Notes: generated from the letters alone by a model not told the origin. A stretch of 64,000 nucleotides of DNA from Spirochaetota bacterium (GCA_963664815.2 CAXXHB010000003.1:3296001-3360000), one strand, 5' to 3'. Counted from the stretch's first letter, positions 10,680 to 21,638 are shown. Made by a program: numbers and translations.

Positions 10680-11948
10680 TTGGACTATTATAAAATCAGA
10701 GGCGGTAAAAAGTTAAACGGCGATGTTAAAATATCCGGGGCAAAAAACGCTGCTCTCCCCATAATTGTAGCAAGCCTGCTTGCGGATGGTGAAACTGTTC
10801 TTAAAAATGTTCCGGATCTTATGGACATAAGGACAATAATCAAGGTCATTGAATACCTCGGCGCCGAAACTGAATTCGACAGCGAAAGAAATATTCTCAA
10901 AATAAAAGTTAACAATATAAAAAACGGTGAAATGCCATACGAGCTTGTAAAAACCATGCGGGCATCAGTGTATGTTATGGGACCGCTGCTTGCAAGGCTC
11001 GGTGAAGCTGATGTTTCACTTCCCGGCGGATGCGCCATAGGAGAAAGACCGGTTGATATACATCTTGCAGGTTTTGAAGCAATGGGTGTAAAAATCGACC
11101 TGGAACATGGAAATATTAAAGCGAGAGCGGGGAAAATGACTCCCGCTAATTTTACCATGCGCCAGATTTCCGTAGGAGCCACTGCAAATCTCATGATGGG
11201 TTCGGTACTCACTCCCGGAAAAACCATTCTTGAAAACTGCGCACTAGAGCCGGATATTGTAGATCTGGGGCATTTCCTGAATAAAATGGGGGCAAAAATA
11301 AACGGGCTCGGCACAGAAAGGATTACCATAGAAGGTGTTAAAAAACTGACACCTGTAACATATTCAATTATGCCGGATAGAATTGAGGCCGGCACGTTTC
11401 TTCTCGCCGGAGCAATTACAAAAGGGGATGTTAAACTGAACAATTGTATTCCGGAGCATGTCGGTTCCTTAATTGATCTGCTTAAAGAATCTGGATATAA
11501 TATCGTATCAGCAGATGACTCAGTAAGGATTACCCCTGGTAAAAGTCAGAAAGGATTTATGGTAAAGACCCTACCCTACCCCGGATTTCCAACTGATTTG
11601 CAGGCACCCTTGATGTCACTTGCAACAACAATGCCCGGCATAAGTGTAATAATAGAAACCATTTTTGAAAACAGATATACTCATGTTGGAGAGCTGAGAA
11701 GACTCGGCGCGGATATAAGTATTGAAGGAAATGTCGCAATTATAAAAGGGGGGAGAAAACTGATGTCCGCTCCCATAATGATGTCAGATCTCCGTGCAGG
11801 AGCTTCTCTTGTAATCGCAGCCCTGGCAGCCAAGGGCGACACAGAAATAAGAAGAATTTATCATTCCGACAGAGGATATGAAAAATTAACAGAAAAGTTA
11901 TCCACCCTTGGTGCCGATATTAAAAGGGTAAAAGGGGGAACTTTCTGA
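10680..11948 (+). CDS. murA: UDP-N-acetylglucosamine 1-carboxyvinyltransferase
   Basis: ISGAKNAALP, MRAS, LPGGCAIGERPVDIH (catalytic Cys), PDRIEAGT, YPGFPTDLQ, DLRAGA. Confidence 0.97.
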   Translation: MDYYKIRGGKKLNGDVKISGAKNAALPIIVASLLADGETVLKNVPDLMDIRTIIKVIEYLGAETEFDSERNILKIKVNNIKNGEMPYELVKTMRASVYVMGPLLARLGEADVSLPGGCAIGERPVDIHLAGFEAMGVKIDLEHGNIKARAGKMTPANFTMRQISVGATANLMMGSVLTPGKTILENCALEPDIVDLGHFLNKMGAKINGLGTERITIEGVKKLTPVTYSIMPDRIEAGTFLLAGAITKGDVKLNNCIPEHVGSLIDLLKESGYNIVSADDSVRITPGKSQKGFMVKTLPYPGFPTDLQAPLMSLATTMPGISVIIETIFENRYTHVGELRRLGADISIEGNVAIIKGGRKLMSAPIMMSDLRAGASLVIAALAAKGDTEIRRIYHSDRGYEKLTEKLSTLGADIKRVKGGTF

Positions 11949-12784
11949 TGTTGAGAGGTATATACACAGGCGCAAGCGGGATGCTTGCTCAGGATGCGAA
12001 AATGGATGCAATTGCCAACAATCTTGCAAATGTTGATAAAACTGCCTACAAGAAAGATGTAGCCATTTTTAAATCTTTTCCCGAGATGCTCATCCGCAGG
12101 ATTAATGAGAGCGGAATGGGTGAAACGCCTGCCGGTTCCTATGATGCCATGCCTTATGTGGGAAAACTCGGTACCGGAGTTGAACTGAACGAAGTTTTTA
12201 CCGATTTTGAGCAGGGATCGCTGCAGAGAACAGAGAACAACTTTGATCTTGCCCTTGATGGAAAAGGTTTTTTTACGGTAATGACAGAAAGAGGTGAAAG
12301 ATATACAAGAGACGGTTCTTTCACAATAAACCAGGATGGAGTTCTAATGACTCACAACGGGAATCCTGTTATGGGTGAAAATGGAATTATACGGATTCAA
12401 CAGAATAATTTCATGGTAAATGAAAGAGGGGAAATTATCGTTAATGGTGATCTCTCTGCAGATCCGAAAGATGTTGTAAGTATGAACAGCAACAACTGGT
12501 CAAATCCGGTTGTAATAGATAAACTTAAAATTGTAGATTTTGAAAACATCAGGGAGATCAAGAAGGAAGGCGACTCTATGTACAGGGAAACCGAATATTC
12601 AGGACCTCCGCTGCCTCCAGGTGATATGAAGGTTATACAGGGTTTCCTTGAGAAATCTAATGTTAACATTATACGAGAAATGGTAGACATGATTGAAGTT
12701 CAGAGAAGTTATGAAGCCAACCAGAAAACTGTAACTTCCCATGATCAAACTCTCGGCAAACTGATAAATGAAGTGGCAAGATAA
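11948..12784 (+). CDS. flgF: Flagellar basal-body rod protein (FlgF/FlhO-type)
   Basis: MLRGIYTGASGM, IANNLANV, DLALDGKGFF, YTRDGSF, QGFLEKSNVN, MIEVQRSYEAN. FlgF versus FlgG assignment is not certain. Confidence 0.8.
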   Translation: MLRGIYTGASGMLAQDAKMDAIANNLANVDKTAYKKDVAIFKSFPEMLIRRINESGMGETPAGSYDAMPYVGKLGTGVELNEVFTDFEQGSLQRTENNFDLALDGKGFFTVMTERGERYTRDGSFTINQDGVLMTHNGNPVMGENGIIRIQQNNFMVNERGEIIVNGDLSADPKDVVSMNSNNWSNPVVIDKLKIVDFENIREIKKEGDSMYRETEYSGPPLPPGDMKVIQGFLEKSNVNIIREMVDMIEVQRSYEANQKTVTSHDQTLGKLINEVAR

Positions 12785-12798
12785 ATTAATATTTTCAA

Positions 12799-12845
12799 CG
12801 GCAAACCTGTTACTATCGGTTTGCCGGTATTTAAAATCCGGCAAA
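12799..12845. terminator. Overlapping hairpins between convergent genes (likely terminator)
   Basis: CGGCAAACC/GGTTTGCCG stem (12799-12826) and TTTGCCGG/CCGGCAAA stem (12820-12845). Confidence 0.55.
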
Positions 12846-12923
12846 ATTCATTAAACTTAACTTCAAAATAATCAACGTAATTATTCAAAAACAGTTATTA
12901 AAGTTAAGCAATACATTGATTTA

Positions 12924-13403
12924 CTATAATAACTTCAGCAGATCATGGTGTGTTTTATATGCAATATACTGATTCCCAGTAATCAATGATTGCGGTATAT
13001 CAATCTTTACTGTACATACTCCGTCAAAGACACTTAATTTTATATCTGACTTTTTAATTACCATATTTATATACCCCTTTACAAGAGTAGAATTCAGATC
13101 AGTTGAATCACTTGTACCTTTATAAAATATTACATGCCTCAGAGCATACTTCTTTGATAAAAGCATCTTTTGTGCTATTATAATTCTTTTGTCAGTTACT
13201 CTGACAATACAATTGATAAAGATAACAGACCTGGGAGATCCCCCCTGCTCCACTCTGATTCCGCTTTCTTCGAACAATATTTTTTCACCTGTTAATGAGG
13301 GGAGTTTTTCAAGAGTGGAATTTCTGTAAAAAAATACCACAATAACAAGCAGAACGCTGAAAATTAAAATAATTATCAGATTTACTGACATCTCATTCTC
13401 CAT
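12924..13403 (-). CDS. Hypothetical membrane-anchored protein
   Basis: 159 aa ORF, N-terminal TM; VRVTDKRIII is PH/GRAM-like. Confidence 0.6.
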   Translation of the reverse strand: MENEMSVNLIIILIFSVLLVIVVFFYRNSTLEKLPSLTGEKILFEESGIRVEQGGSPRSVIFINCIVRVTDKRIIIAQKMLLSKKYALRHVIFYKGTSDSTDLNSTLVKGYINMVIKKSDIKLSVFDGVCTVKIDIPQSLITGNQYIAYKTHHDLLKLL

Positions 13404-13760
13404 TTCATTTACTCACAACTTTTAAACTGTCACTTAAAAACTTTATTCATCATATATTCTTTATACAATGCCTGCTATATTTATTGTAACTCTTTATAAA
13501 TGGAAGAACCAGATATTGTCATTAAATATTAATATACTATAAAAGTACAAATAAAGTTAACAGATCTCTATTTAATTTGTAAAAAAACTGAATCCATTGA
13601 ATAATCTTCAAAATTTAACATAATTTGATTTAAAAATATTGCTGCGCCTAAAAAAACAAGTTATCTATACTTATCTTTATCTATTTTAATTCTTGACTTT
13701 TTTACTCGTAAAAAAATACATACTTTGGACAAAATGTTCATTAAAAGAGGAGTATTAAAT

Positions 13761-16298
13761 ATGATATCTAATCTGTATGAATTCTATAAAACAACAGCTG
13801 ATAAATATTCAGATAAAATAATCTTCAATAAAAAGCAGACATATTCTGAAGTTATGACACTTGCTGAACAGAGAGCAGCTTTTCTTCAGGCAGAGGGTTA
13901 TAAAAAAGGGGATGTAATAGCTCTTCTTGCAGTCAGTAACGCCGAATGGGTAATTACTTATATGGCAGTAACCTCCATGGGAGGGGTTATACTCCCCCTT
14001 GATGTAAATCTTTCAAAGGAAAATTACCCCGGAATGCTGAAAAAACTTAAATCTAAAGCGGTTTTTATCTCTGAAGAATACAAAGGAGTTATTAAAGGAT
14101 TAAAGAGTTATCCTGTTTCGCTTGATAAGAGTCTGGAGACAAAAAAGAAATTTAAAATCCCTAAAATTTCTGAAAATGATACTGCAACATATTTATACAC
14201 TTCAGGGACTACCGGTATACCTAAAATTGTCGCCCTTACACATAAAAATATCTTCAGTACTGCTGAAAATGCCGCAGAAAGGGGTCGCATGTCTGAAAAT
14301 GATGTAATGCTCTGTTTATTGCCATTATATCATGTTTATGCACTTGTCGCATGTTTTGTAGGACCTTATGCTCACGGAGGTTCATTCATATATTTAACCT
14401 CACTTAAAGGACCTGACATAATGAAGGCTTTAGCAGAAAATCCTGTTACTATTTTTCCCGCAGCACCAATTCTGTGGGAAATGATTATGGATGGAATACT
14501 CAACAGAGTTAAGGGTGAATCTGATTTTAAATACAATCTGTTTAAATTCTTCCTGAACTACGGAACCATTATGAGAAAAATGGGACTCTCCTTTCTTGTT
14601 GATAAAATTTTTGATCCCATTCACTCTTTATTCGGCAGGCATCACAGATTTTTTATCAGTGGAGGCGCGCCGTTAAAAGATAAATACAGAAAATATTACA
14701 GGAGTATGGGTTTTACTCTACTTGAAGGATACGGTCTTACAGAAACAACAGGTCCCATTACTCTCCCCGATCCGGAAAACAATCCTGTTGGCTCAGTGGG
14801 TTCCCCAATACCCTACAATGAATCTAAAATTAAGAATATAAACAGCGAAGGCATTGGTGAAGTATGGCTCAGGGGTGATTCGGTGATGCCCGGATATTAC
14901 GACAACAAAAAAGCTAATGATGAAGTGTTCGATTCCGACGGTTTTTTCAACAGCGGAGACCTCGGAAGAATAGATAAAAAAGGGAACATTTTCCTTACAG
15001 GAAGAGTTAAAAATGTAATAGTCCTCTCATCCGGGAAAAATGTTTATCCGGAAGAACTTGAATCATTTTACAAACAGTCCGAATTTATAGAAGAGATTGC
15101 AGTTTTCGGACGTAATATTAATGGCGCTGAAAAAGTTTATGCCGTGATTGTTCCTGCCAATAAAACAGAAAAAAGTTACAGCATAGTAAAAAATGAACTC
15201 AACAGGTTAAATAAAGGACTTCCATCGTATAAAACTGTTAATAGCTTTGCTATATCTTTTGACAAGCTTCCAGTTAACTCCGCAAGAAAAATAGTTTATA
15301 GAGATATTATTAAACTTCTTGAAAAGGGTGTATTCATGGAGAATGATAATGATAAAGCCGTGCTTCAAACCGTCTTATCAGGACAAAGCCCATCTGAAAT
15401 TGAAACTATTGATATTTTAAAAAAGAAACTTAAGACTGATAAGATTTATGCAAGAGAATCACTGGCTGATTACGGAGTAGATTCTCTCGGACTTGTTGAC
15501 CTTATTGTTCATCTGGAAGAAAAACTCCAGATAGTAATAGACAGCGAAAAAATAAAGAAAATTCAGACCATGGATGAGATGGTAACATATATTTCATCTC
15601 TTGAGAAAGGGAATGGTGAAAATATTTATGACAGGCTTTTCAGAAGCAAAATCACAGAAAAGAAGTTACTCTTCTTCAATCCCATACTCTATTTCTGGAT
15701 TTTTGTCATAAAGCTCATGTTCAGATATATCTGGAAAGTGAGAATTATCAATCAAGAAAAGCTGAATATTAACAACAGCATTATTCTCGCAAACCACACA
15801 TCATACTTTGACATTCCAATGCTGGCTCATGCCTTTAAAGTCAGAGACATCAAGAACACTTACGCAATTGGCAAGGAAGAAGTTTCAGGTGTTAAATACG
15901 TATTCCCCGGCATGCCTGTTATATGGGTGGATTATGACAAAAATACAAATGAAGTATTCAAAAAAAGTTCTGACCTTCTCAGACAGAATAAATCTATAAT
16001 GATATTCCCTGAAGGTAAAAGAACCGATGATGGTAAAATACAGGAATTTAAACTCGGAGCAGCTTATCTTGCAAAGAATACAAACCGTGAAATAATACCT
16101 GTAACAATAAATGGCGCATACGATATCTGGCCTCCATCTAAAATCTTCCCTGGTAAACTATTTAAAACAAAAGGGAATCTGGTTATACATGATAAAATAA
16201 ATCCTTCAGATTACAAAAGCGTTGAAAGCCTTAATGATGCGCTTAAGAAAATAATTGAAAGCGGGCTTGATCCTGATATTAACAAACAGATGAAATAA
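13761..16298 (+). CDS. Fused long-chain acyl ligase (AMP-binding) - acyl carrier - 1-acyl-glycerol-3-phosphate acyltransferase
   Basis: YTSGTTGIPK, EGYGLTET, SGDLG, GKNVYPEE; ACP motif YGVDSLGLVDL; PlsC motifs NHTSYFD and FPEGKRT. Start moved to ATG 13761 (AGAGGAG RBS). Confidence 0.9.
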   Translation: MISNLYEFYKTTADKYSDKIIFNKKQTYSEVMTLAEQRAAFLQAEGYKKGDVIALLAVSNAEWVITYMAVTSMGGVILPLDVNLSKENYPGMLKKLKSKAVFISEEYKGVIKGLKSYPVSLDKSLETKKKFKIPKISENDTATYLYTSGTTGIPKIVALTHKNIFSTAENAAERGRMSENDVMLCLLPLYHVYALVACFVGPYAHGGSFIYLTSLKGPDIMKALAENPVTIFPAAPILWEMIMDGILNRVKGESDFKYNLFKFFLNYGTIMRKMGLSFLVDKIFDPIHSLFGRHHRFFISGGAPLKDKYRKYYRSMGFTLLEGYGLTETTGPITLPDPENNPVGSVGSPIPYNESKIKNINSEGIGEVWLRGDSVMPGYYDNKKANDEVFDSDGFFNSGDLGRIDKKGNIFLTGRVKNVIVLSSGKNVYPEELESFYKQSEFIEEIAVFGRNINGAEKVYAVIVPANKTEKSYSIVKNELNRLNKGLPSYKTVNSFAISFDKLPVNSARKIVYRDIIKLLEKGVFMENDNDKAVLQTVLSGQSPSEIETIDILKKKLKTDKIYARESLADYGVDSLGLVDLIVHLEEKLQIVIDSEKIKKIQTMDEMVTYISSLEKGNGENIYDRLFRSKITEKKLLFFNPILYFWIFVIKLMFRYIWKVRIINQEKLNINNSIILANHTSYFDIPMLAHAFKVRDIKNTYAIGKEEVSGVKYVFPGMPVIWVDYDKNTNEVFKKSSDLLRQNKSIMIFPEGKRTDDGKIQEFKLGAAYLAKNTNREIIPVTINGAYDIWPPSKIFPGKLFKTKGNLVIHDKINPSDYKSVESLNDALKKIIESGLDPDINKQMK

Positions 16299-16338
16299 AA
16301 AAAGGTTAGAGGAGGAAAATTCCTCCTCTAACCTTTTT
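16299..16338. terminator. Bidirectional intrinsic terminator
   Basis: AAAAAGGTTAGAGGAGGAA-AA-TTCCTCCTCTAACCTTTTT, perfect stem with A/T tails between convergent genes. Confidence 0.85.
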
Positions 16339-16383
16339 AAGATAAATCCATAAGTGATTATATATAAGACTGAAGCAATATTA

Positions 16384-16992
16384 CTACCTGGAATAATGAG
16401 CTTTTAACTCTTTCAGAATATCTGCAACTGCTTTATCGTTTTTTTCATAACTCCTTCTGTACCAGAATGAAAGCTGTTTAAAGCCGCTCCATTGTGTGAT
16501 TTCACCTGCTGTATCTATTGTTTTAACTCCTGGTTTCTTCTGTTTTTTATTCATCTTTTTCATCATGCTGTCATATTCAGGATTGTTGCGGAATTCGATG
16601 AGAGTTTCGACTTCCTCTTTAAGTATTTCATCGTAAAACTTTTCCGGGAATAGTTTGAATAATTCATCCCTGTTTGCTTTCCATAGTTTTTCAATTCTCA
16701 CACCAGACCTGTCAGACAATGTCGAAATATATTTACCCCTGTCTGATACATTCAGCCCGGATTCTTTAAGAGCCTCTTTTCCCCATTTCGAAAGTATATA
16801 TGATGACGGATTATTTTTTTCTGTAGTAGCAGTATACTGGAAAAATCTCAGGGCATTTATATAACCATTCTCTGAAGTTGATTTGCTTATCAAAGTTTTA
16901 ACTAATTCCACAGCCGCAATATCCTTATCCGCTGCGATTGAAACTGAAATAACTAATATCAGACTTAAAGCCAAAACCGTGACCTTCTTCAT
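16384..16992 (-). CDS. Exported hypothetical protein
   Basis: Signal peptide MKKVTVLALSLILVISVSIAA; GAGGA RBS before ATG 16992. Confidence 0.65.
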   Translation of the reverse strand: MKKVTVLALSLILVISVSIAADKDIAAVELVKTLISKSTSENGYINALRFFQYTATTEKNNPSSYILSKWGKEALKESGLNVSDRGKYISTLSDRSGVRIEKLWKANRDELFKLFPEKFYDEILKEEVETLIEFRNNPEYDSMMKKMNKKQKKPGVKTIDTAGEITQWSGFKQLSFWYRRSYEKNDKAVADILKELKAHYSR

Positions 16993-17020
16993 ACAGATCC
17001 TCTTCACAACATATTACAAA

Positions 17021-17497
17021 CTAAACTTCAGCTTTTACTGCCGATACCGCAACCTTTGAAGATATTCCAAGAGATATATTAATTTTGTCATTAACAGTAA
17101 ATGGTTCGCAATAATCTTCGTCAATTTTTATTTCACATCTTTCCATGAAAACAATATAATACTTTCTTTTTCTCACGGCCTCATTTTTTATTTTGTCAAC
17201 CCTCCCCGATACAACCTGAACACGGGCTGATTCTATATCAGAACCAAGCTGCCAGACTTTATTAAATGAAAACATTATAAACGGTATGGTAAATACCGCC
17301 ACAACAGCTAAAAAAATACCTATATTCATCGCATTGGATTTTCCGGAAATATATGCAATTATAAGAAGAGCAATAATAATTGCATCCGCAAGAATAAATG
17401 CACTGCCTATGCGTTTATAATGTTTTATCTTGTTTTTAAATCTGTTCACAACCATCTCTTTGTCTTTATCTTCAACAATTTCAATATATTTATTCAT
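17021..17497 (-). CDS. Hypothetical membrane protein (2 TM)
   Basis: 158 aa, two hydrophobic segments; GAGG RBS. Confidence 0.65.
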   Translation of the reverse strand: MNKYIEIVEDKDKEMVVNRFKNKIKHYKRIGSAFILADAIIIALLIIAYISGKSNAMNIGIFLAVVAVFTIPFIMFSFNKVWQLGSDIESARVQVVSGRVDKIKNEAVRKRKYYIVFMERCEIKIDEDYCEPFTVNDKINISLGISSKVAVSAVKAEV

Positions 17498-17834
17498 AAC
17501 ATCCTCACTTTACACAATAGTATCAATAATATTATCTACATATAAATCTATCTACATATAAAATATTAAAAAATATAACAACAACAAATAAGACTTTTAA
17601 TATATTTATCTTATTAAATAGTAAGTTTATAAATATATTTTAAAGATTATATACAGATTATTCTATTTAACCGTATATAGATCAAGATTTTTTTCATGAA
17701 GTTTAAAATAAATAAACGAACAGAATTTTTTCTGAAAGACACCATCAATAACATTGTTTTACTAAAAAAATATGATTGAGTCAGGTTATTCTTAATATAA
17801 TAATAAACATAATCTCAAAAATGATGAATATAAT

Positions 17835-18032
17835 ATGATGTGCAGAGCATGCATCAGGAACTGTCCGGTTGATGCCATCTCAACTGAAAATGGGAAGGAT
17901 CATAAAAAATGTACCTCATTCCAGGACTTAACGGCAGAAAAGTTTAAACCGAGGTACGGATGCGGCAAGTGCCAGGTAGGTGTTCCATGTGAAAGCAGGA
18001 TACCGGCCAGGAGGAGAGATTCTTCAGCTTAA
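17835..18032 (+). pseudogene. C-terminal fragment of an epoxyqueuosine-reductase-like (QueG-like) 4Fe-4S protein
   Basis: CRACIRNCPVDAI...DHKKC...YGCGKCQVGVPCE matches the C-terminal Fe-S half of this family; upstream DNA is AT-rich with no continuing frame or RBS. Confidence 0.65.
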
Positions 18033-18078
18033 CAGGAATAATTGATCTGTAAAGAGTTAAAATATTTGCTATTTGCTT

Positions 18079-18717
18079 TTATTCCCTGTTGGCAGACAGT
18101 ACAAGATTTATACCCAGCCCAATAAGTATTGTACCGGCGATTTTATCAATTATACCACCAATAAAAGGTTTATCATTGATAATTGACACCGCTTTATCCG
18201 CAAGGATCACTATAGTCCATTCAATAGGGATTGCCATAAATATAATTATACCCCCCAGAAGAAAGGTCTGCTGAGCGAAAGAACCATGCTCCGGCCTGAT
18301 AAACTGAGGTATAAAGGCTATGAAAAATATAGCAACTTTTGGATTGAAAATATCAACCAGCACTCCCTGTCTGAACGCTTCAGCAAAACTGATTTCACCT
18401 TTAAACTGTTTTTCGGGAAGAGAATCTCCTCTTCCTGAAAAAAAAGATTTTATACCCAAATAACAAAGATATACTGCACCGGTATACTTTATCGCAGAAA
18501 ACACAACTACTGATGCTGAGAGCACTGCCGACAAACCGAACGCTACAAGTGTTATATGGAATAGGGCTCCTGTACATACGCCCAGAGATGAAACAAAGCC
18601 TGTCCTTTTGCCATGAGCAAAAGTTCTGGAAAGAATATAAAGAATATCCGGGCCGGGTGAGACATTAATAATAAATGCCGCCGTTAAAAAAAGAATCCAG
18701 TAACTGTAATCAGTCAT
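18079..18717 (-). CDS. LysE/RhtB family amino-acid exporter
   Basis: SPGPDILYIL, KYTGAVYLCYLG, FRQGVLVDIFNPKVAIFF. Confidence 0.9.
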   Translation of the reverse strand: MTDYSYWILFLTAAFIINVSPGPDILYILSRTFAHGKRTGFVSSLGVCTGALFHITLVAFGLSAVLSASVVVFSAIKYTGAVYLCYLGIKSFFSGRGDSLPEKQFKGEISFAEAFRQGVLVDIFNPKVAIFFIAFIPQFIRPEHGSFAQQTFLLGGIIIFMAIPIEWTIVILADKAVSIINDKPFIGGIIDKIAGTILIGLGINLVLSANRE

Positions 18718-18815
18718 GATTAAGATATCCTCCGGTAATTACACAGCAATTATATGATAATATCGGAAATTGTAAAGGATTATTCACCCTGAGTTCTGCA
18801 TAAAAGAAAGAAAAA

Positions 18816-18859
18816 ATGTCCGTTTTTTACAATACAAATCTTTTTAAATGATGTATCAT
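18816..18859 (+). promoter_or_regulatory. Putative AraC-family activator site and -10 box upstream of the amidase
   Basis: ATGTCCGTTTTTTACAATAC overlaps a weak -35 position, 17 nt before TATCAT (18854-18859); an AraC gene follows the amidase. Inference. Confidence 0.4.
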
Positions 18860-18983
18860 TGCATAATAAAAAACTTTCAGAGCCGATATGACATGATTGT
18901 GCAGTTTCACAAATTGCAAAGCAATCACCAGATATAAACAGTAAAATAATTTAAAAAATGAAATACCAAAAGGAGTACACCAT

Positions 18984-20492
18984 ATGACAAGATTTAATGA
19001 ATATGATCAATATGACGGGACAGGTCTTGCCGGGCTGATCAGAGAGAGGAAAATCAGTGCAATGGAGGTCTGTGAAGAGGCTATCTGTCGGGCAGAAGAG
19101 ATTAATCCGAAACTGAACGCCATTATAACACCAATGTACGACAACGCGCGTAATACGGTTAAATATTACGACACAGGCGCTCCGTTCAGCGGTGTTCCGT
19201 TTTTATTAAAGGACGTACATCACGCGCTTAAGGGTTATCCCATGAGTTCAGGTAGCAGACTGCTGAAAAACTATGTCCCCGATTATAATGCGGAAATAGT
19301 TACCCGTTTCATGAATTCCGGAGTTGTCATAATCGGGAAAACCAATACCCCTGAATTTAAACTTGCCTATGTTACTGAACCTGAAGCATTCGGTCCGACA
19401 CGTAATCCCTGGAATACCGAGTATTCCAGCGGCGGGTCAAGCGGCGGCTCTGCTGCTGCTGTCGCTGCACGGATAGTCCCTATTGCATCAGCTACAGATG
19501 AGGGGGGCTCAATACGTGTACCATCATCCTACTGCGGTGTATTCGGATTTAAACCGGGGAGAGGACGCAATCCTGTGGGCCCGGACTTTAACGAAGAATG
19601 GGACGGAATGTCATACAGTCATATAATATCAAGATCGGTGCGCGACTCTGCTGCCATGCTTGATGCAGTATCAGGTATTGAAAACGGTTCTCCTTACGGC
19701 ACAGTCAAACCGGAAAAACCATTTGCTGAAGAGGTAACCATTGATCCCGGCAGTCTTCGGATAGGTTATTATACAAGATATGCATATGGGATGAAACCGG
19801 ATGCTGAATGCATCAATGCCGTTTCAGAAACCTGCAGGCTTCTTGAAAATCTTGGGCACAGAGTTGAAGAGATTTCTCCGGATTACAATGAGGATGAGTT
19901 AGCAATGTACTGGAGCATTATTATGATAGGTAACGAAACTGCCCTTGTTGACAAACTCGTTCAGACTTTTGGAAAGCCCGAAGTAAAAAACGGACTTGAG
20001 TTGTCAAATTACGCATTATATTGCGTCGGCCGGAAAATGAAGGCTCTGGACTTTGTTAAGGCTAAACGGAACTGGCGTAAAACCGGACTTGCCATGTCTT
20101 TGATGATGAACAGATATGATATAATACTTACACCTACACTGGGCAAACCACCGGTACTGGCGGGATCACTGCGCCCCGGTAAGTCCGATATCCGCTCACT
20201 GAAATTTCTTACTTCTGCGGCAGGAAGAATTCTTCTCAGCAGTAAAAAAGTTACCGCATCAATCATGGAGGAGCTTGTAAAAAATACCATAAAAACCCAG
20301 ATGCCATTTACCATAATTGCAAATATAACCGGGCAACCGGCAATGTCTTTACCACTTTACTGGTCGACAAAGGATCTGCCTATAGGTGTTCAGTTTATCG
20401 GCCGATACGGTGATGAATCGGAACTTTTCCGGCTGGCAGGACAACTTGAAAGAGCAAAACCATGGATTGACAGAAAACCACCTGCCAGTTAA
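18984..20492 (+). CDS. Amidase signature family enzyme (NylA/FAAH-like)
   Basis: [53 protein letters not shown]. Confidence 0.92.
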   Translation: MTRFNEYDQYDGTGLAGLIRERKISAMEVCEEAICRAEEINPKLNAIITPMYDNARNTVKYYDTGAPFSGVPFLLKDVHHALKGYPMSSGSRLLKNYVPDYNAEIVTRFMNSGVVIIGKTNTPEFKLAYVTEPEAFGPTRNPWNTEYSSGGSSGGSAAAVAARIVPIASATDEGGSIRVPSSYCGVFGFKPGRGRNPVGPDFNEEWDGMSYSHIISRSVRDSAAMLDAVSGIENGSPYGTVKPEKPFAEEVTIDPGSLRIGYYTRYAYGMKPDAECINAVSETCRLLENLGHRVEEISPDYNEDELAMYWSIIMIGNETALVDKLVQTFGKPEVKNGLELSNYALYCVGRKMKALDFVKAKRNWRKTGLAMSLMMNRYDIILTPTLGKPPVLAGSLRPGKSDIRSLKFLTSAAGRILLSSKKVTASIMEELVKNTIKTQMPFTIIANITGQPAMSLPLYWSTKDLPIGVQFIGRYGDESELFRLAGQLERAKPWIDRKPPAS

Positions 20493-20502
20493 TTATTTTT
20501 AT

Positions 20503-20531
20503 TTGACAAATGTACTTTTACTCTGTATAAA
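20503..20531 (+). promoter_or_regulatory. Sigma70-type promoter for the AraC regulator
   Basis: TTGACA-N17-TATAAA. Confidence 0.6.
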
Positions 20532-20593
20532 AACCATGCTGTTACTCCGGAGGCGTTTAGAAAATCTTACATAAGCGAGTATGGAGTATCCCG

Positions 20594-21490
20594 GTGAATA
20601 GCTATTTTGAAAAGAACCTGATGAATAACCCGGCTACCAAATCCAACTGGCTCCCCAGCCTTGACGGAAGAAAGGACTACTGCGAAGTAAGACAGCTCCC
20701 TTATGCAATAAATCCATATCACGATGTGAACAACATACATGTAGCCTTCCCGAGTAACCAGTTAAAACATATGATTGCAGTCTACCATCAGGTACATCAT
20801 AAAATTGACGGATCAGGACCTGTAATAATTTATCCCACTGGCAGCGTATCACTCGTATTCTGCAGTCACCCGCAAAAACATGGTTCCTACTTTATAGGCA
20901 CATCCACTCAACCGCAACCTGCGGGTTATTCAATGCCGGGAATGGATTACTTTGTTGTAACATTCTGGCCGGGAAGGTCATACTCGTTCATCCCTGTTCC
21001 TGCCGCAGAACTTATCGACACATATATTCCGATGCAGGAAATTCTCGGAGAATACTCTAAAAGAATAACTGAGGAGATTATCCTGGCATCAACATTTGAG
21101 GAGAGGATTTATAAATGGGAAAACTTCATCATGAATTATACTCCACGGCTTATAGAAATACCACCGGAAATTTCACAACTTGTTGAATCGATATGGCGTT
21201 CCCGCCACGATTTGAACGAAAGACTTTTACTGCGTTACAACTGCTACTCGGATCGCCATGTCCGGAGGCTTTTTTACAAATATGTCGGCGTTTCACCTAA
21301 ATTATTTGCAGATATCAGCCGTTACCAGAATATCCTCAGAGCGCTCGGCAGCAGCCGGCAGCAGAGTATCTTCAGGCTGGCGCTGGATCAGGGATTCTTC
21401 GACCAGTCCCACTTTATAAAAATATTTAAAAGATTTCAGGGTACAACACCTGGCCAGTTTATCAGCCAGTTTGTCCCTGATAAGAAATAA
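20594..21490 (+). CDS. AraC family transcriptional regulator (DUF6597-like N-terminus)
   Basis: C-terminal SDRHVRRLFYKYVGVSPK...GFFDQSHFIKIFKRFQGTTP; GTG start. Confidence 0.9.
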   Translation: MNSYFEKNLMNNPATKSNWLPSLDGRKDYCEVRQLPYAINPYHDVNNIHVAFPSNQLKHMIAVYHQVHHKIDGSGPVIIYPTGSVSLVFCSHPQKHGSYFIGTSTQPQPAGYSMPGMDYFVVTFWPGRSYSFIPVPAAELIDTYIPMQEILGEYSKRITEEIILASTFEERIYKWENFIMNYTPRLIEIPPEISQLVESIWRSRHDLNERLLLRYNCYSDRHVRRLFYKYVGVSPKLFADISRYQNILRALGSSRQQSIFRLALDQGFFDQSHFIKIFKRFQGTTPGQFISQFVPDKK

Positions 21491-21638
21491 TATTGCTTAA
21501 ACGGTTTATCAGAATATACCGGAATGAATTTTTCCACTAATCCCGGCATATCACTGAAATTTACACTTTTTTTAAAATGCTTCTGTTCACCGATCAGTCA
21601 GACTGTAATCATTAATGCTGTGAGAATGATCTCCATAT

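Noticed and set aside
10688-11443. 251-aa minus-strand ORF, and many similar short antisense ORFs in the track
   Set aside because: Lies entirely opposite murA; no motifs or RBS; typical shadow frame.
12799-12845. GGCAAACC as a c-di-GMP-I riboswitch
   Set aside because: No GAAA-loop/GACGCAAAGC core; it pairs locally as a hairpin between convergent genes.
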